Assembly: GCF_009914755.1 (NCBI RefSeq)
Contig: NC_060927.1
DNA from: the human T2T-CHM13v2.0 reference genome, Homo sapiens
Reading direction: 5' to 3' (one strand)
DNA: 64,000 nucleotides
A model generated the notes under the pieces. The model was given only the letters and a program-made list of their open reading frames with translations, made no database searches and had not been told where the DNA came from. Below, piece after piece: positions 23,460 through 37,783 of this stretch (position 1 is the stretch's first letter; every line of letters starts with the position of its first letter). The translations under genes and the position numbers were made by a program.

Positions 23460-25634
23460 TATATCCCTCTTTTATTTCTTTAGGTTAGAGCCCCAAAAGT
23501 GGTATTGTTGGACGAGGGGATATGACAGTATAAATTTTAAATAACTTAAATTAATTTATTTAATGTATTAAAGAAAGCCAAATTTTTTCCCAAAAAACTT
23601 TGTGCTGACTCATAGTCTCACAAATAACATATAATGGAAACCTTCTCCTACATCCCCCAGCAATGGATACAATAATTTCTATAATTTTTGCGTAAGAGTG
23701 AAAATGGCAACAGCACTGTTGCCTACTTGTGAGTTTTGACTAGTTTATTTGCAATTATTTTTCTCTAAATTACCAATTTGTGTTTATTTTTACATTTAGT
23801 AGCTTATTCTTTACAATTTGTGGGAAATTTTTGTATACTGAACACATTTCCCTTTTGTCTAAATTAGTAACATAAATTTATTTTGGGAATAGATTTTTTA
23901 AAACTGAAAGTAACAAAGCTTTCTATGTCTAATCGTAATTCAAAAATCTTGATATATTCTCTTAATTATATTAAGGATCATCTTCATATGTAAATTAGCA
24001 TTCACATAATTTGACTATTCACCACCTATAAATAAATATAAAGACCTTGTTAATTATTATGTGCTTGTAGAAATTAACAAAAGTTAGAAAGAAAATAATT
24101 TTTTCTTCTCAGCCTCAAATGTAACATACTGAAAATAGTTTCAAAGAGCTAATATGACTCTCAATAAAAAAAAATTAATGAATGATTCATCCTTGGGTAA
24201 TCTTCCACACCTGTTCCATCAGGATATTTAAAAAATGGTACTTTCCTTTTCTTTCCCATTAATATTGTATTTTAATGCTCTATTTCAATGAAGTTTTATT
24301 TCTCCTTCTCCCATTCTTCCTTTCTTCCTCCTCTCACTACTTTCTTCTTTCCTTATTTTAACAATGTTACTCTTTTGAGTAACTTTTGAGCTACTCTTTT
24401 GACTAACATTGGAATGTTACTCTTTTGATGGAATATTTCAGTTACTTTCTTTCCTTTATTTTTTCTCTTTCTTTTGTTTTTTAAATCAAATAATAAACAG
24501 TCCTTCAAAAGGAAGAGCAGCTAAGAATATATATTCTATCCTGTTAGAAAAAAGTATTCATATTGCCCACATTCAAAAGACAGGTAAGTGACAAAGACTT
24601 TAAAATACCTTAAACACATTTAAGACACATAGGTCAACTTGAGAAGATATCACTTCATTGTTTTCTAAATGTATGAGTTGAAGCAGGAAGTATTATTTCA
24701 GAGAAAAGAAAAGAGATTAATGAGGACAACAGCAATGATGAATTGCATGTGCCTGTGATAAAGTCTGTTTGCAAAGAAGTCTAGATCCTATCAATCTAAT
24801 GAAGATGCATTAAAACAGCATTCAAGGACTTGCTTTAAAAACATAAATTTTTCAAAGTTTTATTCCATTAGATTTATTTTGGATTCCTATCATTTTAACG
24901 TACCACAAGTTGAATTATGAAATATTGGATAATCTTTCTCTTGTCACATTTTGATGACCTTGATATAAAAATGATATTTATTATTATTATATTATTCAAA
25001 GAAGGAGAGATTTCTCACAGAGAGACATCCATAAGATTCTTAGGTATTTATCATCATAGCAGATTGACCCTAAAAATGACATTATTCTGGAACAAGGCAC
25101 TTAAGATGGGAGACAAAAATAAATAAAATGATACCTCAATTAAAGGTCAGGACATGAATCTACAGAAAAGTTGGTCCTTTATACAATTGGCCATCATAGA
25201 AAGCACAACCAAAATATCAAGATACATCTCTGCTGAGAAAGTAAATTGTCAAGCTCTGCACAGCCATATTTGCCATTCAACACATTTAAAGGAATTTAGT
25301 ATCACTCATAAAATTTTGCAGACATACAGAAAAGAATTGCGATCCTCCATTAACTGTAATGATACCTATTATTATTGCTGACAGTGATTGAGCACTTACT
25401 ATGTGCCTAGCACCTAAGGAATATATGAGATTTTCCAACCGGTACCCTAACAAGGCCACTTAAATGAATCTGACTCCGTTCATTTTATAGGGAGGAGAGG
25501 CATAGAGGAACTGACAGACCTCCACAGAGCAACACTACCTTGGGCTCATAGGAGGACAACATCTACATCTTTGGGCTAGTCTGATGACAGAAATCTATAA
25601 TGCCTGATTAATTGTGCTTCAAAAATGTATGGTG

Positions 25635-25929
25635 GGCCTGGCGCGGTGGCTCAAGCCTGTAATCCCAGCACTTTGGGAGGCTGAGGCGGGCGGACCACGA
25701 GGTCAGGAAATCGAGACCATCCTGGCTTACACGGTGAAACCCAGTCTCTACTAAAAATACAAAAAATTAGCCGGGCGTGGTGGCGGGCGCCTGTAGTCCC
25801 AGCTACTGGGAGGCTGAGGCAGGAGAATGGCGTGAACTCCGGAGGCGGAGCTTGCAGTGAGCCGAGATAGCGCCACTGCACTCCAGCCTGGGAGACAGAG
25901 CGAGACTCTGTCTCAAAAAAAAAAAAAAA
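25635..25929 (+). mobile_element. AluY
   Basis: CpG-rich with Y diagnostics; TSD ending gtatggtg on both sides. Confidence 0.95.
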
Positions 25930-26630
25930 GTATGGTGACTGGTACCATATGAAGGTAATGGATCCTCTCCATTCTAATAAAGACAGTAGTAATCTTTAGG
26001 CTTTCTCCTCAGTAGCATCAGTGTTATATAACTTGGACATCATGAAATGAGAATGAATAAAAAGAGAGAAGACAGAAAGATAGGGAAGAAAAAAAGAGAC
26101 CTATTTAAATTTTTCTGAAATTTTACCTGCTGTTATACTCAGTGTCAATACAAATGTGTCCCAAGCAATAGATACAGTCAAGTCTGAAATAGTCAATGCT
26201 GGATGGTAAAACCTATTGAAAGACTGGGGCAGTAGTTTCAAGGGCTTCCTGATCAATGATCAATAGCTAACAGCATTGTTAGGTGTTTCTTCTGCTTTAT
26301 AGTTGTGCTTAACAGGGAAGAACAGGGAAAAATGGGTACACTATTTCGTTCTGACTGAAAGTTATGACCCTATATATTTTAAGAAGTTTTTCTATATTGC
26401 GATGCAGGCAAAGGCTAGACGCAGCTCTGAATGATAGCAGCTGCTTTCCCCGAGAGGAACCGGAACTAGTGAGCTAGCATGACTCTTCCCTACTCATACG
26501 CTCACTGCCTAACACTAGGCTTCCCTGAGCTCACCTTCCCCAGAAGAGTGGAGCATCAAGAACTCTGATCACATCATTTCCTCCATATTTCCATTCCATT
26601 TCAGAACACATAGCCCACTCTAGTGTTTGA

Positions 26631-26941
<311 letters not shown>

Positions 26942-27695
26942 ATGGAAATCTACTTCTAATCAACTACACATGCTGAGAATTATTTTAAAATCATTTTTTC
27001 TCTTCTTAATATGACAACACTGATTTAACATATGGATAAGAATGCAAGCCATCATAATAAAAGTTATCCCACATTGATTTTTTATTCAACCATTTATCAT
27101 AGTTTTTAATCTTATCAAAAAAGACACAATTTTTACCATTGTTTATGCCTGGACTTTGCTCAACCAACTGGCAATGGATCTCATGCCACATCTGATAAAC
27201 TGTAAACAGTTATTTTGATTGAGACCAATGTGTGCGATTTGAAATAAGCTACTTCCAAGTTGTTCATGTACATGTTCTTGAAATAGCAAGGACTAACTTC
27301 CTTGCTCTCCATTAACCTTGCATACAAGATAAATAAATGTGCTCAAGTGAATATGCAAGTCTGTGGCTTGCTGGGTCACTAGCACATAAATTAGAACTAG
27401 TGTTCTGAATGGTGTCCAGTCAGAGAACACTGATCATAGTAGGAGAGAATATGGTTTTCTTGGGACCAAGCATCACCAGAAAGAAAAATGCTAGATCCAC
27501 AGACTTTCAAATTAATTTTACAGAAAAGCAAATATGTTACTGTGTTCCACTGTGGAGTTACATATGCTTCCTTTAGTAGTCAAAGAAAAAATGTGACTTC
27601 CAGGGCCATTTTAAATAAGTTGCAGGACAAGCCCTACAGGGCTTCAGCATATACTCATTCTTATGCCCCAAATTATCAACTCTATGTCTGTATAT

Positions 27696-28059
27696 TTGTC
27701 TTAGTCTGCTATAACAAAAGACCATGGACTTGGTGGCTTAAACAACAGACGTTTATATTCTCATGGTTCTGGAGGCTGGAAGTCAAAGATGAGGGTGCCA
27801 GCCTGGTCAGTTTCTTGTGAGGTCCCTCTTCCTAACTTGCAGATAGTCGCCTTCCTTCTGTGTTCACACATGGCAGAGAGAGTGAGGGAGAGACCAAGCT
27901 TCCTTCTTCTAAGGGTAATAATGTCATCATGAGGCTCCCACCCTCATGAGCTTATCTAAACCTAACTACCTCACAAAGGTAGTTACCTTCAAATACCAAT
28001 ACATTAGGGGTTAGCCCTCGAATATATGAATTTTGGTAGACAAAATTCCATCCATAATA
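27696..28059 (-). mobile_element. MLT1A-family MaLR solo LTR
   Basis: ctgctataacaaaa...ggcttaaacaacaga...ttctggaggctggaagtc...atatgaatttt. Confidence 0.85.
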
Positions 28060-30668
28060 TTCTCCAGATGTACAGGTGCCTTCATCAAAACAATGAGTCA
28101 TCAACACTAGATGGATTAGTATTAGTAGTCCTACACTGAGGAGTCTGTAAATTGAACTTTATTATATAGAATATATAATAGTATATGGATAGTAAAACAT
28201 TATAGGAAAACTCTACACGCTACCAAAAAAAGTAATGATAAATTATTTGCTATATAAAGAGGAACGTTCATTATTCAATAAACTCAAAGTACTTGTTTTA
28301 ATAATGTCAGTATATACTAAAGCAAATTTTCCCTTCCCTTGTCACTCACCACTTCTCTCTGACTATAAGCATGTCCAATATAGCCCTTCCATGTCAAATC
28401 TCTTCTCAACCCTGCTATCTCTTTTAACTAATAATTTATTCATTACTGGCGCTCTGATGTGCAGGGATGGTTCTCCTTCCACTTTTCTCCCCTAAAACCC
28501 ATGTAACAAGACAACCTGATTCCAAAGTTGTAAAACTCAGCTTTTCAGATCTCCATATACACATCATTGATCTTTATGTGTGTGAATTTTCTTGAGCAAA
28601 TCCAGGCCTAAACAGCCTAAGCCCTAAGAACATAAGCAAAGAACTAATTAGACTTCATTCTCCTTCATTCTCTGGTAACCTCCAGACTTACACAGGACCA
28701 GTTCCAGATTAATGTGTATTACGAACAAGCATGGTCAGGCTGTCCTAACATTTTCCAGGCCTGGGCAAGAGTACAAATGGAAATCCTGCTTGGATCTAGA
28801 GGAACATGCATGGGTATAACTGGAAGGATGGATATGGGGAAGAGGTTCATGTAGGCACTGGACATGAAGTGATGGTTTCTGGGATTGCTGGGGCATAGTT
28901 TAGAAGGAGGGTTCTGGGTGGAAACATCCCCTTAGACCCAGAAAATCCTCCTACCTAGAAGAGGAGCACAGTCAGAAGACAGAAGAGTGGGACTCTTCAC
29001 CACATGGAGACCCACTGCAGGAGTCCTGGCTTCCTGGGTTTGTGGTGGCACTTGCCAAGGTTGTCTCTTTATTACTCTGCCTTCTTAACCTACTGCGTTA
29101 AATGTCTTGGTACACAGTCTTAACCTTAGCCTGTAATATTATCACCCTTCTTGTAATTTAGGGGCCATTTAATTTCCCTTCCTTATATCTTTCATCTTTC
29201 ATCAACAGCATCCTCGTTCCCTGCCTGAAGCAGCTAACAGCTAAGCATGGAAACTAAAGTGTCTCATGCAATGCTGCACAATGAAGGCCAGGATAACCTG
29301 TGGATACCTAATAATATAAAGGTATTAAGTGAAACCTAATAATATAAAGGTATTGAGACACCCTGGAGAGCCTCTTCCCTCTTTGAGGGAATAAAGTTGC
29401 TACTTCCAGTTCTTCAGCATGCCCTCCTTAATTCACAAAGGAAATGCATCTCTAAGTGGGGAGTGTCAGTTCTCAGGGATGGGCAAGACACTGTTCTTGA
29501 GAAGATGAACCTGGTGCATGCTCCTCAAATCTCACACCACAAAAAATCTTCTACTTTTACCTAAAAAAATCTTTGATCCTATAAAAACAACAGAAAATTT
29601 TTGGAATCATAAAAATGTTGGAAAGAAAAAAAAAGGAATCATTAGCCACTACTATTTTCTGTTTTATTTTTAAAGTAATATCAGGTTGTTCTACCAATAT
29701 TTTTAAAAACTACTACATTAGTAGTCAAATATATTACAGATTATCTAAGAAACATGTAACTTATCTAAGAAACATGTATCTAGAAAAATCAGGGTTTTAA
29801 GAAGGCTTTGCCTGGTGTAGTTAGTGCAGCAAAAGGAAGACAAGTGGAATTCTGTCCCTCGCCACTCTTCATTTAGTGTGGAAGAGGCTTCATCACTGAT
29901 TTTGGTGGCAGGAAATAGTGATAGAACTTGATTTGTGGACCATAGGTTAATTTAGAAATCTGTCAATTTATAAAGCTAACTGTTAATGTATCAATTCTCC
30001 ATACTAATCGTATTTATAAAGGGCACATTTTTTAATCCACCAGATAGAGGAACAGCTGAAAACTTCAGACGTAAGTAAGCTTGACATGATACTGCAGGAG
30101 AGCAAAAACCAAAACTAATAACTTCATTTTTACCCTCTCTCACAAAAGGAAAACTACCCTCTCAAACAAATGAAACAGGAAAGTGAGAAATCATGACTTG
30201 TTGCTTAATGCCTCCCAGGGGGATTATTCTGAATTCTGCAGACCTGCTGCTGCACAGGGAATGCAGAAACTCTTTTCAGTTTTCCAATTCTCTACAGCAA
30301 TTCTAATGAAGTCCCACTGAGTCCTAGTCCAAGCTAAAATTTTGAATTTGGATCTGAAAATAGCTGTAAATATTTTCTTTTTGTTACTTTTTTTCTTTGC
30401 AGAAAAAGCCAGTGTTGGGGTTCCTAGTGCAGCAGATGCTTGCTAGAAGATAGGAATACATTATGCATAAACCAACTTGTTTTATTATAAACACTGAATT
30501 TAAGTTGTGTTTTTTTCTATGTCCTAAATAATATTAATCAATGAAATTCATCTTAAAAATTTAATACAGAAAACTCTTTGTATTTATAAGCATGAAGTGA
30601 TTGAAATCATGGGAAATAAGTAGAAATTATAAGCTGTATATCATAAGGGTCTACAAATAAACCATGGC

Positions 30669-31118
<450 letters not shown>

Positions 31119-31505
31119 TTAAGCTTTTGTACATCTCTGTGCCTTTCTCAAAATTGTTCCCACTGTTTAGCCTTGTAAAAAACCTATTTTAGAATGAAAA
31201 AGAACTCTTAATTAATTTTTTTTCATTCAGTATTTTTGGTTCTGGAATTCAAAAAGTTTAGTTCTTGACCTACCTCTTACTCATAGGTTCCACCTTGATC
31301 TACCACCACTAGGATTCAGAAAAAGCAAAGAACCTGCTTGCAAAAGGCAAGCAGGAAAAACCATTCCTAGGGAAAGGAAGTCTAGCAGGAGTTTGACTGA
31401 ATAACGAAGTCTTAAGAATAAAGGAGGCAAAGCCAAGTACTAGTGTTTTTTCTTACCTAAGCTCCTGGTGAACTCCTATCTTAAATCTTGAAATTGGCAT
31501 GTGAC

Positions 31506-31644
31506 AACTTAGATGACAGGTTGATAGGTGCAGCAAACCACCATGGCACATGTATACCTATGTAACAAACTTGACATTTAGCACATGTATCCCCAAACTT
31601 AAAGTAAACAATAAATAAATAAATAAATAAAATTAAAAATAAAA
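31506..31644 (+). mobile_element. L1PA 3' end only (extreme 5' truncation)
   Basis: ggtgcagcaaaccaccatggcacatgtatacctatgtaacaaac plus A-rich tail; perfect 16-bp TSD gaaattggcatgtgac (31490-31505 and 31645-31660). Confidence 0.93.
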
Positions 31645-32474
31645 GAAATTGGCATGTGACTAAAAACTGAAGGCATAGTGTGCTAGTGGTATGAGACCAG
31701 TGGAAGTGACAGCAAAGGCATTCTTGAGTGGTAGTACCCAGTAAATGTGACATGGCAAACGAAGTACTGGTCAGAAGAAACCCTGCTAGAACCTGGAAAA
31801 TCAGCTAGCTCCAGACTGGTTTATAAACACATACAAGATACTGCTTAGGGACTTTAGCAACTCTTGACGGAACTTATGTTATATGGGGTTGAGGTCCTAT
31901 ATTTGTATGTAGGGCAAAAACTTGGAAAACAATGTTTACAGATTTTCTCATCAGCAAGAGAAGCTAATACTTCTGTATTTAACCTAAAAGATTGTTACAA
32001 GGATAACATGAGATAATATAGATGAAAGCTATTTACACTTGAAAATGTCATCAAATATTCTATGACATATAGTAGTTATGCAGCAAATAGAAGACAGAAA
32101 GGAAGAAAAGGAGAGGGAGGGGAGAAAGAAAGAAGTAAAAGCAAAGATATTTATTTATATGGTTGCTATTATTAAACTTTTAAGAAATTAGTCAAATTCC
32201 CCCATGAAATCTTCCTCCTGATGCTAACCCATACTAACCAAACCCTCTCAGACCTTTTCCTTACCTGGTGTTGCATTCCTCAATTAGCATTTAAGTAGAA
32301 CAGTCGTAGAGTCTAATCATATAAACAATAGAATTTATGATCTCTGCATAAGTAGTATCCATGTCTCTCTGTTTTGTATTTTAGAGCTTTAAGCATTGGC
32401 AATGCCTAGTAAAGAGCTTTAATCAATCCTCAATAACTTACCACACAATCATTGGATGAAGGTTAAAGGATTTT

Positions 32475-32827
32475 TATCTTAGTTTGTTTGGGCTGACACA
32501 ACAAAATTCCTAAGACTGGATAATCTATAAACAGAAATTTATTGCCCGCACTTCTGGAAGCTGGGAAGTCCAAGATCAAGGCCCCATCAGATTCAGTCTC
32601 TGGTGAGGGCCTGTTCCTCATGTATGGCACCTTCTATGTGTCCTCAGATGGAAGAAGGGGTGAACAAGCTCCCTCAGGCCTCTTTTATAACAGCAATAAT
32701 CCCACTCATGAGAGCTCCACCCTCCTGATCTAATCACCTCCTAACCTCACCTCTTAACATCATTGCATTGGGGATTGTGTCTCAACATACAAATTTTGAG
32801 GGGACACAAACATTCACATAGACAGTA
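32475..32827 (-). mobile_element. MLT1A/MST-family MaLR solo LTR
   Basis: ttctggaagctgggaagtccaagatcaagg...tctggtgagggcctgttcctca...ggggacacaaacattca. Confidence 0.85.
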
Positions 32828-33855
32828 AGGAGACTCTTAAAGTTTGACTGAGAAAAACTGACTTTCACATCTCAGCATTGACACTTAGTAGATGTGTAAA
32901 TTTGGCCATATTACCTAACTTTTCCGAGCCATTTCTTATCTAAAAAACGAAGAACATGGACAGTGCTGAAATTGTAGTTTGTGATAACATATAAAAAGAA
33001 TGCATAACATATAATAGATAATATATGTTGGGTAAATTTGAATTTAACAACTTTTTAAACTAGTATTCTTTGACTTGTATGTAAGCCAAATATGCCCCAA
33101 AAGACAAAGATAATAGTGTTAGAATACAACATACTCCCAGGTGAGAATTTATCTTAAAATAATATATTTTAAAATTGGATTTCCACAAGCACAGTAAAAG
33201 CAGGACCTGCCTGCATATAACATGTGAATATGTCTCATTCATGAATTATTTTATGTATATGAGTTTTGTGTCCTCAAATAAATTATGAGTTTTTGTGGGC
33301 AGCAGTTATATCTTATACTCACACATATTATTTGATAAATTACATAGCACTGGGAGCAGGTTTTCAATACTACGAATTCATTCATTCATGGATACAAAGC
33401 AACTGTCTAGGAAGAGACAAATTGGAACCCACAGCACTAAACTCTGTAATTAGACGAATCGGCAAGTTTATATTCAATTTCTTGATTACATTGTCATTTA
33501 TCATTTTTTCTCCTTTAACATGAACATAGAACAAAACTTTAAACTAGGGTCACCATGTGGCAAAATAATGACCAATGACATGTGTTATGTCTTTCTAAAG
33601 GGAGGGGGAAAATAATATAATCACATACCCATTTCAAGGAAAAGCCACAAGACAGCCACAGCATGCATGTGTGCATGTGTGTGTGCAAAATTTTTGACTT
33701 AACTCAAAATAACATTGTCTCGCTAAAGACTAGGATTTTAGAAAAGTTTAGCTTTGCAATTCTTCCAAAATAAAGATATATTTTAAATGTGATCTCTTTT
33801 AGAATTAGAATTTGGGTTAGGATTAGGGTCAGGCTGAAATATAAATATCTCTGTC

Positions 33856-34945
33856 TGTTGCGGGAAGTCAGGGACCCCGAATGGAGGGACCAGCTGAAGC
33901 CATGGCAGAAGAACATGGATTGTGAAGATTTCATGGACATTTATTAGTTCCCCAAATTAATACTTTTATAATTTCTTATGTCTGTCTTTACTGCAATCTC
34001 TAAACATAAATTGTGAAGATTTCATGGACACTTATCACTTCCCCAATCAATACCCTTATGATTTCCTATGGCTGTCTTTACTTTAATCTCTTAATCCTGT
34101 CAGCTGAGGAGGATATATGTCGCCTCAGGACCCTGTGATAATTGCGTTAACTGCACAAATTGTAGAGCATGTGTGTTTGGACAATATGAAATCTGGGCAC
34201 CTTGAAAAAAGAACAGGATAACAGCAATGTTCAGGGAATAAGAGAGATAACCTTAAATTCTGACCGCCAGTGAGCCGGGTGGAACAAAGCCATATTTCTC
34301 CTTTCAGAAACAAATGGGAGAAATATTACTGAATTCTTTTTATCAGCAAGGAACATCCCTGAGAAAGAGAATGCGCCCCTGAGGGTGGGCCTCTAAAATG
34401 GCCCCCTTGGGTGTGGCCATCTTCTATGGTCGAGCTGTAGGGATGAAATAAGCCCCAGTCTCCCATAGCGCTCCCAGGCTTATTAGGACGAGGAAATTCC
34501 CGCCTAATAAGTTTTGGTCAGACCGGTTGCTCTCAAACCCTGTCTCCTGACAGATGTTATCAATGACAATGGTGCCTGAAAGTTCCTTAGCAATTTTAAT
34601 TTCGCCCCGGTCCTGTGGTCCTGTGATCTCGCCCTGCCTCCATTTGCCTTGTGATATTCTATTACCTTGTGAAGTACGTGATCTCTGTGACCCACACCCT
34701 ATTCGTACACTCTCTCCTCTTTTGAAAATCCCTAATGAAAACTTGCTGGTTTTACAGCTTGTGGGGCATCACGGAACCTACTAACATGTGATGTCTCCCC
34801 CAGACACCTGGCTTTAAAATTTCTCTCTGTTATACTCTGTCCCTTTATTTCTCAAACCGGCTGATGCTTAGGGAAAATAGAAAAGAACCTACATGAAATA
34901 TCGGGGGTGAATTTTGCCCAATATCTGGCTGAATTTCCCCCGATA
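33856..34945 (+). mobile_element. MER11 (HERV-K11/HML-8) solo LTR, 1090 bp
   Basis: Starts tgttgcgggaagtcagggacccc and ends gaatttcccccgata; internal repeat ttgtgaagatttcatggaca; perfect 6-bp TSD TCTGTC typical of ERVK. Confidence 0.95.
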
Positions 34946-37649
34946 TCTGTCTATACTTACAATGGCACTTTTTCTATTTCCTGGTTTATCACATCTAGCT
35001 CCTCCAGTGTTATGTATTTTTCTAAGTGAAAGGAGTATAATCTCTTCCTACAGTCAAATATGTCCTGAGTTTCTCTTTAAAAAATTCCCTTACTAATCAA
35101 AATGAAAGGTATTTTTAATTGCTTTTTTAAAAAATGATTTTAAAACCCCTATCCAGTTATTTAATAGGCACATAGGACAACTAAATTCCCTTAACTATTG
35201 TTTGTTAAGTTATGGACTCAAGAACAATCAGTCTAAAGTCTTGGCTTGCTTTAGAGAGCTGCTAGTTCCTGTTCTCACCCTGCCTAACCAGAAGTGTTTC
35301 CACTACTGAGCATGCTTTCTCCCTAGATAAAGTAGATCTCTCCAAGCCCTATCCTCACTGTGTTCATCAGCATATCTGGGTTGTCTCCAAATGTTCCTTC
35401 AATCCTTATCTTTTTCTTTTCAATTTTTCAAATTCCATACTTTCTTCAAAATTTAACAGCACATTACGATACTTGCTATGCCTTATCTCATTCCAGAGGA
35501 AACTGCCAGGACCACAGTTCCTGTTGCAGGAGAAGCCATAATGAGTAAGTCTAAATTGAACGCATATTGGCTTCTGACCCAAGCATTGGCTTGGGACCTA
35601 TGACATAATACGGTATGAAGCTAAGTGGGGATAATCAGAAGTTCCTTCTCTGGAATTTAAATTGAGAAATTTTATAGGAGAGTGGCTCATAAAAGCAGGA
35701 AATAAAAGAATGCAATTAGCAGAAACGAGATAAAATTGAGGCTTTGGCAGGTGAAAAGTTGTAAAAAAAATTTATAAGTAAGGAGAAACTCAGATATAAG
35801 AACAACAAAGCAAAAACCAACTCAACAAAGAGAAAGAAAGAATAGTCTGATGAAAATATGTCGGGGATGGAGTTTGAGAGTAGACGGGGGCACTAAAACG
35901 AACTGAGCTATGTTATTGTGAAACTTGAGAGTTAAAAACAAGAAATCCTGTTTAGACATCTATCTCAGTGTTCTTGCCCAAGCAGGATTTGTGTTTCCCT
36001 TGAGGTACTACACATGTATATGATTAGGTGTTGCTTACCGACCTCTAATTCATTAAATTATCTTTACCACCAGATTAGAAGCATCTTGAGCTCTGATATC
36101 CTGTCTTACTCTTTCTCTTTTTTTCTCTTTTACCCAAAAACCTAGCACTAAACAATACTTCTCACATAGAAAATGTTCATTAAGAGATTCAAAACAAGTT
36201 AAAGGCCCTACATATTAATTTTATCCAGAAATCTACAAGATAATGACTCCAAGTCTTGTTATTTCAGTTTATAAAGTAACAAGGAATGCAATTTAACTTC
36301 TAACATGTTTATTTCCCCCTTTTTTGTCAATATTATTAAGGCTTGGCAATAATAACTCACAGCATAGCTGGAGCTAAGTAACAGAAGACTTCAATCCACA
36401 GATTTTTGAGTCTGATAAATGGCAAGAACAAGTCAAAGGTTGTTTATGCCAAGAAAAACAATACCATCTTTTCATATATAAGAAGAAGAAAAAGAGAGTA
36501 ATACTATTTGATTATCTCTTCCTAATACTTATTCTTTCAAATGGAAGAATGCCAAATACAAGTTCAGACTTTTTAAATGGAAAAAAGTTATAATAATTAG
36601 TATAAAATGAGTCAAATATGCTAGTTACAGAAAGATTTCAGAATAATTCCTTAGTAGTTTCAAACTCTATAGAAATGGATAAAACAGAAGTAGTAGTCCT
36701 GTTGAAATCTGAAGATAGTTATTAAGTTACCATTCAGCTTCCTCTTCTTTCAAATAATACTGGGTTCTTTAGAGTTTTCAAGCAGGTCATCTTTTTCATC
36801 CCTTTAATCACTGTGGTTGGTCTTTTCTGAAAAAAACAGTTTTTCCACATCCTTCTCAGGTAATTTTCATGACTTTACAATGGCTTGTGTTTAATGGCAG
36901 AGTGAGCCAAAGGATCAGAGATTTATTTGGCTCTTATTAGCTTGTATTACAATAGTGAGAGAATGTTCTGGCTTATAGACAAGGAGGAAGCAATAAATAT
37001 AGCATGTCTTACCTTCAGGAAAGGTTTTGATTCTATTATGAGTACCATTTTACTCAGCAAGCCAGAAAGTTAATCATCTTCATTACATAACAAACGGGGG
37101 TTCATGGAACCTCACCCTTCTAATTCTTATAATGCTGAACCAAATAAAGTGGCCCTTGTACTCACTTGTATACCTTTGAGGGGGCAGGGGCAATCTAGTT
37201 GATGTCCTATTTTGATGCTCTCCTGCAGCCTATTAGGTCCTGAGTTCCTCTGGCTTATCAGTCAATGAACCAGGGTTCACTTTTCCAGACTGTACCTTTC
37301 TGTTACTCTTCCTTATACTAGTATAACATTTTTATAGGGTTGATATAAGCTTTGCTCATAAAAATACGGGAAGAAAAATCAGAGAATATAACAAATGGAG
37401 ACATTTTAAAATCACAGAGAATTAGTGTTCTCACTGTCCCTGGAAATTCACTCACTGATTTAAGTTCCTAAGTTAATTATCATAAGTTTTAGTTGCTATC
37501 TTGATCTGCACCTAAAACACTCCCCTTTGGTATCATTAATGTTCCAAGATCAGCTACTGAGAAGCAACATAGGTGAGGTATTGAATAGGAAAACAGGCTG
37601 GGAGGGTCTTTTTTCTCCTGGGAATGCTGAATAAACTGTGGGTTGTATG

Positions 37650-37783
37650 CCTGCATTTTGACTGAAACTCATTACATAAGGTCACATGTGGAATTTTCCA
37701 TTTTTATCATGTTGGTGCTCAAATACTTTCAGATTTTGGAGGATTTCTGATTTTAGATTTTCCGATTAGGGATGCTCAACCTG
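37650..37783. mobile_element. Tigger4/MER46-type DNA transposon end fragment
   Basis: ggtgctcaaatactttcagattttggag...gattagggatgctcaacctg. Confidence 0.75.

Noticed and set aside
25635-25929. ggctcaagcctgtaatc variant suggesting an Old World monkey AluYR subfamily
   Set aside because: Other AluYR diagnostics I recall (gagacgggc, aactagcc, gatccggcc) are absent; probably a private mutation, so species is left as human-like primate
28735-29055. GC-richer block in AT-rich surroundings
   Set aside because: Probably an old transposon remnant, but I could not assign a family, termini or splice structure
31450-37150. Additional strong minus-strand donor matches (near 31456, 32265, 37012, 37144)
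   Set aside because: No well-placed acceptor identified; they show how often consensus donors occur by chance and temper the exon candidates above
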